A stretch of DNA of 64,000 bases, from NCBI RefSeq assembly GCF_009914755.1, contig NC_060927.1; one strand, given 5' to 3'. Made by a program: the position numbers and the translations under genes. The notes under the pieces are model-generated. The model did not search any database. It had not been told where the DNA came from and saw nothing but the letters and a program-made list of their open reading frames with translations. The stretch comes from the human T2T-CHM13v2.0 reference genome, Homo sapiens. This document shows positions 1 through 16,009 of the stretch, piece by piece; the first letter of the stretch is position 1, and each line of letters starts with the position of its first letter.

Positions 1-1149
1 TCAGCCCTGCCTCCTGCAATCATAGTGCAGCCGATGTCATAGCTGTGAGCTTTTAGAAGGCTTTCTCTATGGCTGAAACACTATGGGAGAACCTTAAGAA
101 ACACTGTCCTCACTAGCGCATTCCCTCTGCATGTCCATGGACTTCTGGCAACTGTAAACATATTTCTGTTGCTGAGCCAATAAATAGGAACTCTTTTTCT
201 AGAGAGAATGACTTGCACCATTGCATAGTAATTTCTAAGAAATAAAAGAAAGAAATTTCAATCAGTGCAAGACAGGAGTTCCCTTACCTGGCTCTATATT
301 AGAATCGTCTTGAGAACTTAAAAGAGAAAAAAAAGATTCTGACCTTGACTTACCAAGTCAGAAAGAGGGATTGGTGATAAAGGAGTCATCTTTAAAAAAA
401 AAAAATACCTCTGGGATTATTTATACTGATCAACCAGATCTGGGAGATTTCATCTGCTAATCCAGAATGGGGCAGAGTCTTCAAACAATCTTTTGTAATC
501 ATAAAACTCGTATCAAATGAGCCTGACTGCATTGAGACTGTTGAAAGGTTTCTAATGACAGGTTGTAAGACTCTTTAACTCCCTGGCAATTTGTTAGTCT
601 CCGTAACAGAGGAAATGGCCAGTGGAGAAGAAAGTCCTTATAGAAACCCATTGGTGATGGGTCATTTAACCATATTGGTGTACCTTAATGCAGTAGATGT
701 GTTCCAGAAAAAAGAGTGAATAAATGAAATTTTTATAAATGGAATTTTTTTTTAAGTATATGAAGAGCCTTAGAGATTTAAAGCGTTCTTCAGGGGCCTT
801 TTTCAAATCACCGCTTTATTTTAAAAGTAATACATGCTCGGGGTTAAAAAAAAAATTCACACACAATAGAGAAAAAAGTAATGAGATGTAATAGTCACTT
901 CTTCTCCTTCCAACTCCTCCCACATAATAAACTTAACCCTTACTTGTTTCCCAGCCATTTTCACTGCATATTCCTTGATGATTTTATAAAACCTGTTTGT
1001 TATTTTTTTCTCTATCAAAGCATTATAGACACCACCCGTTAGGAAATACAGAGCCCCCTCATTCTTGCAATGGCAGAATGGATGTACCATGATATGTAAT
1101 ATCTATGGTCTATGTAACTATTCCTCTTCTTACAGAAATTTAGGTGATT

Positions 1150-1212
1150 TCTTCTCTCTCTGTTTCTCTCTCTCTCTCTCTCTCTGTCACACACACACAC
1201 ACACACACACAC
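1150..1212 (+). repeat. Compound (CT)n(CA)n microsatellite
   Basis: Direct reading. Confidence 0.95.
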
Positions 1213-1234
1213 CCCATCCTGGTAAATATATCCT

Positions 1235-1475
1235 TAGAAATATATCTTTTTATATTTTATATATATTTATATATAATATATATTTATATATTTATTTATA
1301 TTTATATATTTATTTATATTTATATATTTTTATATTTTATATATTGTAGATATATATAATTAAATAATATATAATAATATATATGTTATTATATGTATAT
1401 AGAATATATAAATAATATGTAATATATATAAATAAATATATATGTAAATATATATATAGGATAATATATAGAATA
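1235..1475. repeat. AT-rich low-complexity (TA)n-like tract, T-rich left half and A-rich right half
   Basis: Direct reading; almost entirely A/T. Confidence 0.95.
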
Positions 1476-1674
1476 CCTATAGAATAATTTCCCAGGAGTA
1501 AAATTGCTGGGTAAGAGTATGTGCATGTCAAATTTGGCAGGCATTCTCAAAGCATATTCTCCAAAAAAGTATACCAACTTCCAATCCCAACAACAGTGTA
1601 TGACATTCCCTACATTCCCACTTCCTCATCCCCTCTCTATATTATCATATGCTTCATCTTGGTCAGTCTTATCA

Positions 1675-1989
<315 letters not shown>

Positions 1990-2299
1990 GGAAAATGTAT
2001 CTCATTCTTATTTTAACTGATACTGATTTTTCGTGGAGGCTGGGTATATTTTCCTGTTTTTTGGCCACTTGGATTCTATTGAGAATTCTTTTGCAAAGCA
2101 GAGAATCATTATTCAGAGTGATCCTTCAGCTGCCATGATTTATCCCTTTCTAAGTTTGGGTTGTCACGAATCAGCCAAAACGTCATTTCTGGTGGACAAC
2201 CATGCACAGGTCACCCTGATTTCGAAAAAGCCATCATTTGGTTCTGCTCCAGTCCCATTTCTATACTTTGCTTTGCTGCCAAGAGGTTGATTCTTATTT

Positions 2300-2470
2300 C
2301 CTCCCCGCCCACACCTTCCTCATTTCCCTGAGTTCTGGCATCTGTCCCCAGCACTCTAACAAACATGTGTTCTGGAAGGTCACCAAGGGTCTCTTTATTG
2401 CTAAACCCCTTGACCTCTGCTCTGTCCTCATTCTCCTCCATTTGTCAGAGGCACATACAGGGCCCTACTG
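2300..2470 (+). mobile_element. L2 fragment from the reverse-transcriptase region
   Basis: Translation SGICPQHSNKHVFWKVTKGLFIAKPLDLCSVLILLHLSEA resembles the L2/CR1 RT motif SGFRPxHSTETAL.KVTNDLL.A......VLILLDLSAAFD. Confidence 0.7.
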
Positions 2471-2904
2471 CTGTCTAACCTCTCTGGGCCTCAGCTACAT
2501 CATGAGATACTAAGAAGAATACCCTTTCTGTCTCATATTCGTTGGGAGTTTTAAGTGAAAAATACTAAACTGCTTTGTAAACTGTAAAATCTACATAAGT
2601 ACAACTTGTTATTATTGTTCATCTGGACTCCTGTGGTTCCCAGGACAGGGTTAAGCTTAGAGAAGATACTTCTTATTGATCAGCTACTGAGGTTAGTTCT
2701 TAGTTCTCCATCTCTCTTTAAAGAGATTTTTATTGAGTACCTACTGTGTGCCAAGCAGCATGAGGGGTGGAAAAAGCAGTAATCACTTTTGGGAAACCGC
2801 TATTGAGTGCTGACAATGCACCCAGACTGTGCCTAGTAGCCCACAGGGATAACAATGTTCAACCCGTATATCAAGTCTCAGAGACAAGTATTATCTTTTA
2901 CATC

Positions 2905-3210
2905 TGTTTTTTTTGTTTGTTTTGTTTCAGAGACAGGTTCTTGCTCTGTTACCCAGGCTGAAGTACAGTGGTACTATCACAGCTCACTGCAGCCTCAAAC
3001 TCCTGGGCTCTAGCAATCCTTCTGCCTCTCCCTCTTGAGTACCTGGGACTACAGGCTGTGCCAATACACCTGGCTAATTTTTTTAATTTTTTGTAGAGAT
3101 GGGGTCTCACTATGTTGTCAGGCTGGTCTCAAAGTCCTGTGCTCAAGAGATCCTCCCACCTCACCCTTCCAAAGCACTGAGATTACAGGTGTGAGCCAAC
3201 AAGCCCAGCC
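2905..3210 (-). mobile_element. Alu (AluJ-like) inserted in a MIR
   Basis: Antisense dimer; TSD tac(a/c)tctgtttt; MIR core continues at 3230-3330. Confidence 0.9.
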
Positions 3211-3229
3211 TACCTCTGTTTTAAAGATA

Positions 3230-3330
3230 GCAATCTGAGACCTAGAGAGTTGAAGTAATTTACCCAAAGTTACACAGCTAGTAAAGATGGAAGCTGGGAT
3301 TTGAACCCAAGTCTTTATGACTGCTCTATA
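3230..3330 (-). mobile_element. MIR fragment
   Basis: Reverse complement of MIR core (gaagtaatttacccaaagttacacagctagtaa...ggatttgaaccca). Confidence 0.75.
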
Positions 3331-4071
3331 TAATGCTCATTACATATTACAGCCACCTGCCTTACATGGCTGTAGGGAGACAAGGCTGGCTGTCCAAATC
3401 AGAACGAGATGAACTCCTTTTGAACAAATAAGTGAGACAATGTAGATGCTTGATGCGAGCCTGTAGATGTAGATGAGATAAGTAGGTATTTAATAAAGGT
3501 AGACTCTTACTAACTCCAGGATCAAGAATGTCAAGATGTGTAACTCAGCTACAAGCAGGCTCTCGGCAGGATTGACATGAGCAGCTCATAGGCCTCAGGG
3601 GCACATTGGTTTTCCAGGTGAGCACAACAGCGGGCAGTGCATGATGATTAGTCTATGCCACAACCAATTACCTATTTCCTCCTTCTGCCACAGGGGTCCG
3701 TAACCACTCCTGTTTTATTCACTGATTTTATGCCTCTTGCTGGAGGGAACAACAAGGGATCAGGTGTCATACTTCAGTCCTGAGCCAGAAGAAAGGTCCC
3801 TGCAGCCAGAGAGAGCAGTCTACTTCCTTTGGAGAGGAACAGAAGCACTCCAGTATGTGGATCGCATTGTCTCGAAAAAGCCACCCAGAATTTGGAATTC
3901 CAAGTCATTCTGTAGATTGATCAGGTAAGTCAAAAAGACACCAAGTTCCTTGGTAAGTCAGCATTCCAGAAAATGAAAAAATTACCTACTCAGAGCTAAA
4001 TGGTTCCGTCAGAAAATACACATGAACCCACAGGACACAAATCTAAGTTCTATTATGAAAATTACTACTGC

Positions 4072-4250
4072 TGCCATTTCTCACCCAATCTAAGACAACG
4101 TCATTTGCAGAACATGCCACTTTTCAATGTACTCCTAAGAAAAAATGCTGCCAATTAAACTGTGCCATGCCACCATTTGTAAGATGCACCCTCATTTTGG
4201 AAGAGACTAACACATGAAAAGATAGGTGTGTCGAAATTGATAAAATTGGT
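4072..4250 (-). mobile_element. MER104-like TcMar-Tc2 MITE
   Basis: Reverse complement matches recalled MER104 (gcatcttacaa..gatggcat..agtttaattggcagc..tcttagatt). Confidence 0.6.
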
Positions 4251-4254
4251 AATA

Positions 4255-4455
4255 GTAAGAACAACTAAAATGTTATTGTCTGCTACCTACTGGACAGTCT
4301 TCCAGGTGCTTTGTACACCTTATCTTATTCAATCTTAAGTACCTGTGAGGGAGGCATGACTCTCTGTCTTTCACAGATGAGGACGCAGAGGCCTAGAAAC
4401 ATCTGCGCCAAACACGCAAGATCACAGAAGTGTTCCTGGAATCCAGATCTGTCCA
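4255..4455 (-). mobile_element. MIR
   Basis: acagatgaggacgcagaggc core and flanks. Confidence 0.65.
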
Positions 4456-5164
4456 TCCACGCCCAAGTGATCTCTCTGTCACCCCCCCACATAGGTTTGG
4501 GAAAGGTAAGTGTGTTCTTTGGAATGCCCAGTGGGCAATGTGGAGTCACTGAGGCTGAGTCGGAGAAGGAGCGTCGGTGGGAAAGGTGCCCAGAGCTGCC
4601 ACCTGCCAAACAAACCTGGGACGTGGTGCAGAAGACGTCTGGCTCCATGAATAGTTTCACCAAGGTCATCTAACATCAAAGAACATGAGAAAAATTCCGG
4701 ACAAGTTCTGGCATGTGGTTTACCAACAGGCCATTATTAATCTCAAGCAGTGAGCTGAGATAGCGGAGGTGACAGCAAGCACAGTGGGTGGACAGGACTC
4801 CACTGGCCAGCCCCAACTTTACAGAATGTGGCTTAATTCTGGAATCTAGGAGAATCCATAGACCAAGGCTGGCTGGCCAAATCTGAACCAGAAGAGCACC
4901 TCTTGAGCACCTTCTCTGAGAAACCTCCAATGAATGCTCAAAAAACACTTGTTATAATCATATGCTCTTCTATCATTAAATGCCTACACTCAGGAAATGG
5001 ACCCCGGCAGGAAGTCATAACAAGGAAGGGTCACAGTCTGATAAAAAAGTCAGTCCCCTAGCTGCCCCATTCCATCCAAGCCAGTTTGTCTCAGAAGAAA
5101 ACACCTGGATGTTTTTACGAGGAAAAATAACTTTTTCATTAGTAAGGGACAGCAATGTCCTCTG

Positions 5165-5982
<818 letters not shown>

Positions 5983-6127
5983 ACAGTTCTTGTTTTAATG
6001 GAGAGCCACTGAAATAGTTGTCACCTGGATGGGCAAATTGCTGGAGTGCAAATTAACTTCCTGAAACAAATGGATACTTGAAAGGGTCCTGGTTCTTATT
6101 CATTATTTTATCTTTAAAAAAAAAAAG

Positions 6128-6436
<309 letters not shown>

Positions 6437-6745
6437 CTAAGAAGGAAACTGAAGAACTGCAGATCAGGGACCATAATTTGGTGGCTACTGTTAAGCTTCC
6501 TGCAAGCAATAGTAGGTATGCTCTGTTATTATTACCATTTTACAGATGAGGATTCCAAAGCCCAAAGAGGTTAGGAGCTTGCTAAAGAGTCAAATGTGAG
6601 CAGGGCTATTGGGAGCTAAAGAGATAGAAAAAACTCTCAACTTGAAATTTCCATTTAAATAAATCCAATCTCAATTTGGAAATGTTATTTTAGCCCCTTT
6701 AAAAGTCGTTAAGCTTGGCAGTAAGAAAACTAAGCCCTACTCTAA

Positions 6746-7076
<331 letters not shown>

Positions 7077-7329
7077 TTTCTTCTGTCATTTAAACTTAAC
7101 CAAAAAGCGTTATCAAAATCCAAACATCACAGCTGTCATCTGATGAGGTTTTTTTAATTGGTCCAATGTCTTATTAATAAAGATAGAAAAATATTCATTG
7201 TGTTTCGGCTGCACCCATTTGCAGTGCCAAGTGTAAAGGGTCAACTGTACAAGAAAGGCCTTTACCTTCTACACAAATCCAAACAAAATTACTCCATCTT
7301 TATGTTAGTAAAATAATTCCTTAGATCTG

Positions 7330-7434
7330 TTGATTAAACTTCAGTATGCAGAAGAACTCTCTTGACAGCTTGTTTAAAATGCAGATTCCTGGACGTGAGA
7401 TTAGGTCTGAGGTGAGGCCCAGAAATGTGAATTT
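7330..7434. mobile_element. MER5A fragment
   Basis: agcttgtttaaaatgcagattcctgg...ggtgaggcccagaaatgtg. Confidence 0.65.
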
Positions 7435-7436
7435 TA

Positions 7437-7515
7437 TTAGGTTGATGCAAAAGCAATGGCAGTTTTTGTCATTACTTTTAAGGACAAATTCGCAATTACT
7501 TTGGCACCAACTTAA
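7437..7515. mobile_element. MADE1 (Hsmar1 mariner MITE, ~80 bp palindrome)
   Basis: ttaggttgatgcaaaag...ctttggcaccaacttaa inverted termini with TA on both sides. Confidence 0.88.
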
Positions 7516-8789
7516 TAAAAAACAGCTCAGTTGCATCTCCTAATAGGGACTCATTTATCAGACTCTGAACTAATAAAACTTACATGTAACTGCTTTCTCC
7601 TCTTACTGTTATCTTCCACACCAAGGGAGCCTGTTTTTGTATTCAATGCAGAATTATCAGAAAAAGCTGGAAGAGCTCTGAATTTCCAGAAAAACAGGTG
7701 AATTTCCAGCAAAGTGAAATAACTCATTCATTTAGGCAAATCGGCTCCCCCTTGTGGAATGTCTTCTATGGCAGGTATGGGCCTCTTAAATGAAGCACAC
7801 AGGTCTTAGTACTGAGCTGATCAACACAATCAACCAAGAGTATTCTTGTGGTTGTTGGAGCTGAAATTCTGGGAAAGACATTTGGTTTCATGCATCCTAC
7901 TACACTCTATTTCCTGCATCTGATCTGATGTTCTGAATTCCTGTCTCACTGATGTCATGAATAGAAATTAATTGAATTAGCCTGTCTCCAATTTTCATTT
8001 GCACAAACCAACTTCGAGTTTAATTCTGCAGTGTCTGCTTTCCTCACAGCCCTCTCTTTTTACAGGTAAAATCCCTAGATAAACAAACCACCCACAAAAG
8101 GACTTTTCCCTTGGCTATTTCCAAAGATAGATAAGCTAAATGAATTTTGTATAATAGGTTCCATCATCATTTCTAAAAAAAAATTTTTTTTAATCTCTTA
8201 ATTCTGTGATAATCTCTTGTAATATGTGTTTGCTGTATTATTTAAGATTATTCAATTCTGCAATGGAAAATAAGACAAGCAAATAAGGAAAAGAGATGAA
8301 ACTAAACATAGAAGAAGTAAGTAGCTTATCAGACACATTAGACATAGATAAGGTAAGCAGAGCAATGCATGTACTAAACATAGAAAAAGATGGAAGGACC
8401 AAGAAATTCCAAATAGCCGTGCTGCACAAGTTAGAGACAAGAGTTTTTAAAGTCAGGTTGTGCAGAAAATCACATTAAGGCAATGGTTGCCTTCAAGTGC
8501 ATGAAGCATTTAATATTCAATCTATGAGGTCTTAAATTGTCTCCTATTGATGACATCCATCCTGATACCCAAAGTATCTGCCCAAGAAACACCTATGGCT
8601 TCTTATCAGCTTTTGGGCAGGCTACAGATGTCGGCCAGGAATACTTGCAAGTGTGTTTCTGATAGAGCAAGTATATGTTATGGTCCCAGATACCTTCTGT
8701 TTTTTGGGTGCCTTGCTCAAACCTCACCTGTGGTCCTCCTAAAGATATCAGACCATCACTGTGAAGACTGATGCCAGAAAAGAGATATT

Positions 8790-8835
8790 GAGGAGGGAGG
8801 AGAAGGGGAAGAGAGGGGAGGAGGGAGAGAGGGAA
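8790..8835 (+). repeat. GA-rich polypurine tract
   Basis: Direct reading. Confidence 0.8.
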
Positions 8836-9901
8836 TGTAAACATCCCCAGAACTCAGTGTGAACTTTTCACCCCATTGACATCCTATATTCAGTGTGTTA
8901 ACCTATCCCAACTCTCCCCTGTTGCTTCACACTGGGTGTTTTAAATTGCTTCAATGAACCATATAATTTGAACGTCTTAATTTGGTTTGTGAGCCTTTCA
9001 GTTAACTGACCTCTTAGTTAGCTTGCCTGGTAGTGTGTTTGGAGCGTCATTCCACCAGGGAAATTTCCCATACAACATCTCTTATTCTTGTCTATAACAT
9101 GTTCTAAAATACATCAGTAGAGACATGTAATAGATGTGCGAGTTAACATTACTCTAGCACCCTAAGTGTAATGAATTAACTTTCAAAGTGCCCTGATCAA
9201 GAATCCACACTCGGTCAGCATCTGAAGGATCCTAATCAGGAATCCACACACCAGAAAAGCCCCCTCCCCCAAGAGCTTCAAATATCCCTATTGAATCAGC
9301 ACCAGAAGTTTTAATAATTAGCATAAGAGATGTTAAAAATAAGTTTTCGTGGATGAAACGTGAAGCTGGCAGGAAAATTTGTATAGGCATCTGCACTCTG
9401 ACATGGATAAGGTCTAATTATCTGGCGAGCCCAGAAGCCTAATGTCTCCTGAGTGGTGCCTAAAGTTTATAACTCAGTTCACTTCTGTGTCATCTCAGCT
9501 TACATACTGAAGAATCCTTCACCTGAAAGCGAAGTCACTTCAGGTGAAGTTACCTTCACCTGAAGGTGTAGTCAAGATGACTCGAAAGTGGGGGATTCCT
9601 GCCATCACCACATGATAGCATTTGTCTTGGGATAAACCACTCATGTAAAATGTTATCAAAGTGCCTAAAATGACACAGAATAGCGACTTTTGGGAGTTTA
9701 CAAGAGAGGATCTGTGATTGCTTTGTGTCTGCTTGTTTGCTTACCAGAATTAAATCTGAAACTTGCCTCATTGTTTTCATTCAGTGATATTGTCAGGAAG
9801 AACTAGAGCCCTCACCTACCCTAACTCTTAGAGGGTGCTAATATCCATCAAAAAGAACACATGAATTGTGAACAACCAAATTTACTTAGGTTAACTTGAG
9901 G

Positions 9902-10760
<859 letters not shown>

Positions 10761-10819
10761 CTTACTTGATGCTCATTTTTGCATATCAAATGGAATTTAT
10801 TCTCTCCTCTCCATATTCT

Positions 10820-11000
10820 TACAGTAAATATTTGTCAAGCACTTACTATGTGCTAGGCCTTGCTGTAGGTGTTAGGAATACAGCTGTGAGCAAAGCAGGG
10901 GAGGTTAGGATTGAGCAGGATGGAGGAGATAGCTAATTAACAACAAATTCGAGTGCAACGGAAGGGAGTTGCCAAGTGTCAGGATATGGAATAATGGGGA
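10820..11000 (-). mobile_element. L2 3' fragment
   Basis: aaatatttgtcaagcacttactatgtgctaggc...gaatacagctgtgag. Confidence 0.6.
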
Positions 11001-11059
11001 CCATGGTGAAATGATGAGTACCTTCCTAAGAAAGGCATTCACTGTCAAGTTCTGTGTGG

Positions 11060-11220
11060 GAATATGGGCTGCTCAGTATTTCCAGACTTTCTGATTTTTC
11101 AAGAGAAGGTGGAAATATATGCATGTATGTAGAATTCCCAGGATTTTAATGTTAGCGACTACTTCAAATATTTATAAAACACTATAAGGAAAAAAAGTCG
11201 GTGGGCCTAATTCAAGCAAT
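11060..11220. mobile_element. MER102-like hAT-Charlie fragment
   Basis: ccagactttctgatttttcaagagaagg...ttttaatgttagcgact. Confidence 0.5.
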
Positions 11221-11571
11221 AGACAAAAATATTCACATAAAATAATAAAAGCCTAGATAAAAGTTTAGATAAAAGCTCTGCTGTTATCTTAGCGATACTG
11301 ATTAATTTTTCCGTCTTAAAATGATGTTGATAATTATTTTAAAGATTAAAAACAAAAATCTCTGGGAAATAAGAGTAGGAAAAAATGATGTTGTGGAAGA
11401 AATGGGACAGCCTGCATTTAAGTAAAATGAATTTACAATCAAGTACGCAAGACCCTAGATACTTTTCTGCCCTTTCCCCTCACAGAAAATAAAACATTTA
11501 TGGTATGTAAAAAATAGGTAGAAACAGACCCCACTTGTTGCATTTGGTGACTTAAAAATAAAAGCTAGTAA

Positions 11572-12309
<738 letters not shown>

Positions 12310-12376
12310 GGTAAATGTTGAAGTCAGTAAGATTTAATCTACCAGGCTTTCAGATTTAAATTAGAAATCATATGCT

Positions 12377-12875
<499 letters not shown>

Positions 12876-12979
12876 ACCATTCAACTGACATTCTGTAAAT
12901 GAGGCAGAGTGAGTGGTGTGGCGATTTGGTTTAAGAAGGTGAATGACTTCTGCAGTTATAAACACAGGATTTACATCAA

Positions 12980-13200
12980 GAGGGTATTGGTTAGAACATA
13001 GGTTTTTAGCTTCAGATTCTTGGTTCAAATTTTAGCCTTTGATCTTAGATAAGTTATTACATCTCTCCAGGCTTTTTCTTTTTTAATTTGCAAAATGGTG
13101 ATAATTAGACATGCACCTAAGTATTGGAGAGATAATGAGATTATGTAAGTCTTACGCGCATTCATTGTCAACGCTCAGTAAATGTCAGTTATTGTTGTCA
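12980..13200 (+). mobile_element. MIR
   Basis: ttcttggttcaaat...agataagttattacatctct...aaaatggtgataatt. Confidence 0.6.
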
Positions 13201-13755
13201 CTGGGCCACATGCCTTCCATATGGCTGCCTCCTGGGAGAGAAGTCAGTCCACCTCATACAAATCTTTCTTATCCTTAAAATCCAAGGGGTTCTTTGTAGG
13301 CCACAATTTGGGCCAACAGCTGCTTTCTTCAAAGGTAGTTTAACATCACCAGGTGGGTATTTGTTAAGTCCCTGAAAAATTGCCTTAATGGCATTTGTAC
13401 AGGTCCAAATCCTGGAATTCTGTTCATGACCTCCTCTTTCAGGAAGGGTAAATCACTTAAACTCTCAGCTTGTTTGCCTAGAGAAAAGAATAAAAAGTCA
13501 CTTTCCCAACTGTGATATTAATTAGTAGAAGTAAAGGGTTTTGGAAATGCAGAATATGGTTACTTTTTAAAGGGTAAAACATAAATATTAAGTTCATTGG
13601 AATTTGATCACACTGTAGAGGGAATGTAACTGTTTTAATCCTTTTTTGCAGGAAAACATTAGACGGTAGTGGTGATGATTAGCCTGGGTTCATTTTGAGT
13701 AGATCTAAGAAGAACCTTGGGAGATGAGGCAAGTTTTTAAAAATTGGAGTTAAAA

Positions 13756-13790
13756 CACACACACATACACACACACACACACACACATAC
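13756..13790 (+). repeat. (CA)n microsatellite
   Basis: Direct reading. Confidence 0.95.
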
Positions 13791-14139
13791 GCAGGACTTT
13801 TATAAGGCTGCTTTTTCTCTGAAATCCCTTTAGTAAAATGAATTTGTTTCCAGTTCCCCAACATTTCCACTATTGAATATCTCTAGCTTTAATACGGTCA
13901 TAATAGCACTCAAGTTTTCTCTTTGTCACTAAGGGGCTCTCTGTTGAGTGTTAAATTGCTCATTTCACTTGCGGAAGTGAGGGTCCCTAAGTCACCAAAT
14001 CAATGTAATAAATTTTATGAGCTGGTTTATACCGGTGAGGTGTTCTAGAATAATGACTTGTTTAAAGAACTATTTGACTTTTCAAAATGGAAGTATTATC
14101 CTTTTAACCAGGAAAGTTCACATAGAAATCCCCAACGGT

Positions 14140-14416
14140 AGCTGGCATGGTGGCTGACGCTTATAATCCCCACACTTTGGGAGGCCGATGAGGCCTTGAG
14201 TTCAAGACTAGCCTGGGCAACATGGCAAAACCCCATCTCTACAAAAAATACAAAAATTAGCTGGGCGTGGTGGTGTGTCTGTAGTCCCAGCTACTCAGGA
14301 GGTGGGAGGATCACTTAAGCCGGGGAGGTCAAGTCTACAGTGAGCTATTATCTCTCCATTACACTCCAGTCTTGGTGACAGAGCGAGACCCTGTCTCAAA
14401 AAAGAAAGAAAGAAAA
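14140..14416 (+). mobile_element. Alu (AluJ-like)
   Basis: Dimer with small deletions, TSD gaaatccccaacg. Confidence 0.9.
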
Positions 14417-15319
14417 TGAAATCCCCAACGCCACGGGGGATAAACTGTCATGGCTCATGTTGACGTAATAAGGATACTTGCTTGTCTTTATTTTTTAAGT
14501 GTTAATTTTTATTTCTTTATCGTAACTTAAAAAAATCCCCCATGGGGTAGAAGAGCGACATTATCTCCATTCACTGAAGGAAATCAGGACAGTGGGGCTT
14601 GGTGACTGACTTTTCCTGAGTTTGTAATGGAAGCTAATGAACGAGCCAAAATTAGAATCCCTAAATTCCTCCCACTCTCCTTGCTCCACTGAACGCAGTT
14701 CATTCCAAGCAGAGGCCCTTCACTTTACCATTTCCTGTTTGCTCTCGGAGGGAGTTCAGCCCCTCCCTATTCCTTTTTCTTTGGTCTGACCTTCCAAAGA
14801 CAGGAATATTTATCAAAGTCCTCTAAGTGCTCTGCCCAAGCACCAGCCATTTTCAGATTTTACATAAACAACAGGGGGGGTGACACCCCAGCGTTTAGTG
14901 AATTTGAGGGGGATGGCATGCCTTTGAAAAGGGATAAACGATGTTTAGATGGGATGGGAAATGAGACCTATGCAACGAGGATGGAATTTACTTAGAAAAG
15001 GAAAAACAAAATCTAAAGATGGCCTGGAAAAGGAAATATTAAGGAAAGGAAAAATAGTCATTGGTGCTGGCATAGTGAGAACAGAGCTGGAAACCAAAGA
15101 TTTAAATTGTAGGAAAGAGGTTAAAAGAGGAGGAAATTTTCTGTTTCCTGGCTCTGAGCAGAAAGGTGGATAACTTGATGATGATGATGATAATGTGCTT
15201 AGGGAAGTTTGAAGGCAATGCTGCCTAGGGCAGGAGAAAGGACTCAATGAGTCTGTTGGGCCTCGTGAGTCTCTGGGTTTTAGACTGAGAGCCTGAGAGG
15301 TGGGCAGAAGCACAGAGAT

Positions 15320-15765
15320 CTTGGTAAAAAGCAGATTCCAGTTCTAACAAGGGGGCAGGAATCTGCATTTCTAACAAGGTCCTACAGGATGGTGTTGGTG
15401 CTGGTCAGTGAACCACATTTTGATTAGCAAGGCTCAGAACTATGCTGTTAAATAGAAATATTATGTGAGCCACATATATAATGAAAAATTTTCTAGCCAC
15501 TACCTCACAAAAAAGAAACCAGGAAAAGTAAGTATATTTTGTGTAATACACTATATCTAAAATACTATATTAAAATCCAAAATGTTATATATTTACCATA
15601 TAATCAATATAAAAATTTTTTTCCATACTAAGTCTTTTTTCCATACTAAGTCTTAAAATCCAGTGTGTAAGTGTGTATTTTATACTTAAAAAAGATCTCA
15701 ATTTGAACTAGCCACATTTCAATAGCCACATGTTGCTTGTGGCTTCCGCACTGGATGTGCAGGTC
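15320..15765. mobile_element. MER5A fragment (15320-15435) followed by MER33 (15440-15765), hAT-Charlie
   Basis: gcaggaatctgcatttctaacaag; aatagaaatattatgtgagccacata...actagccacatttcaatagccacatg. Confidence 0.7.
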
Positions 15766-16009
15766 TAGACAATATTTACAAAAATTTAGCATCGTCCAAA
15801 TGCCATTGGCAAGCTAAGAATAACTGTGCTTTTAGTACCGAAACCCACTTGGGTGAGATCCAAGAAAACCCAGGGCCATAATGAATTCTGTGCCACTGAG
15901 CCAGAGTCCTCAATGTTTAATTATTCACCAGGATTCCCTGAGGACAGGGTTAAATTGTAGATTCCTGGGCTTTACCCCTAGGTATATATTTTTTAATCCC
16001 AAACTTTTT

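Noticed and set aside
1065-1577. Ile/Tyr-rich hydrophobic ORFs
   Set aside because: Translations of the AT-rich simple repeat.
2208-2222. ERE-like AGGTCAcccTGATTT
   Set aside because: Two mismatches in the second half-site; expected by chance in 64 kb.
8322-8334. TAGCTTATCAGAC, identical to the first 13 nt of miR-21-5p
   Set aside because: Match stops at 13 nt, no hairpin precursor seen, and it is plausible by chance given the number of known miRNAs.
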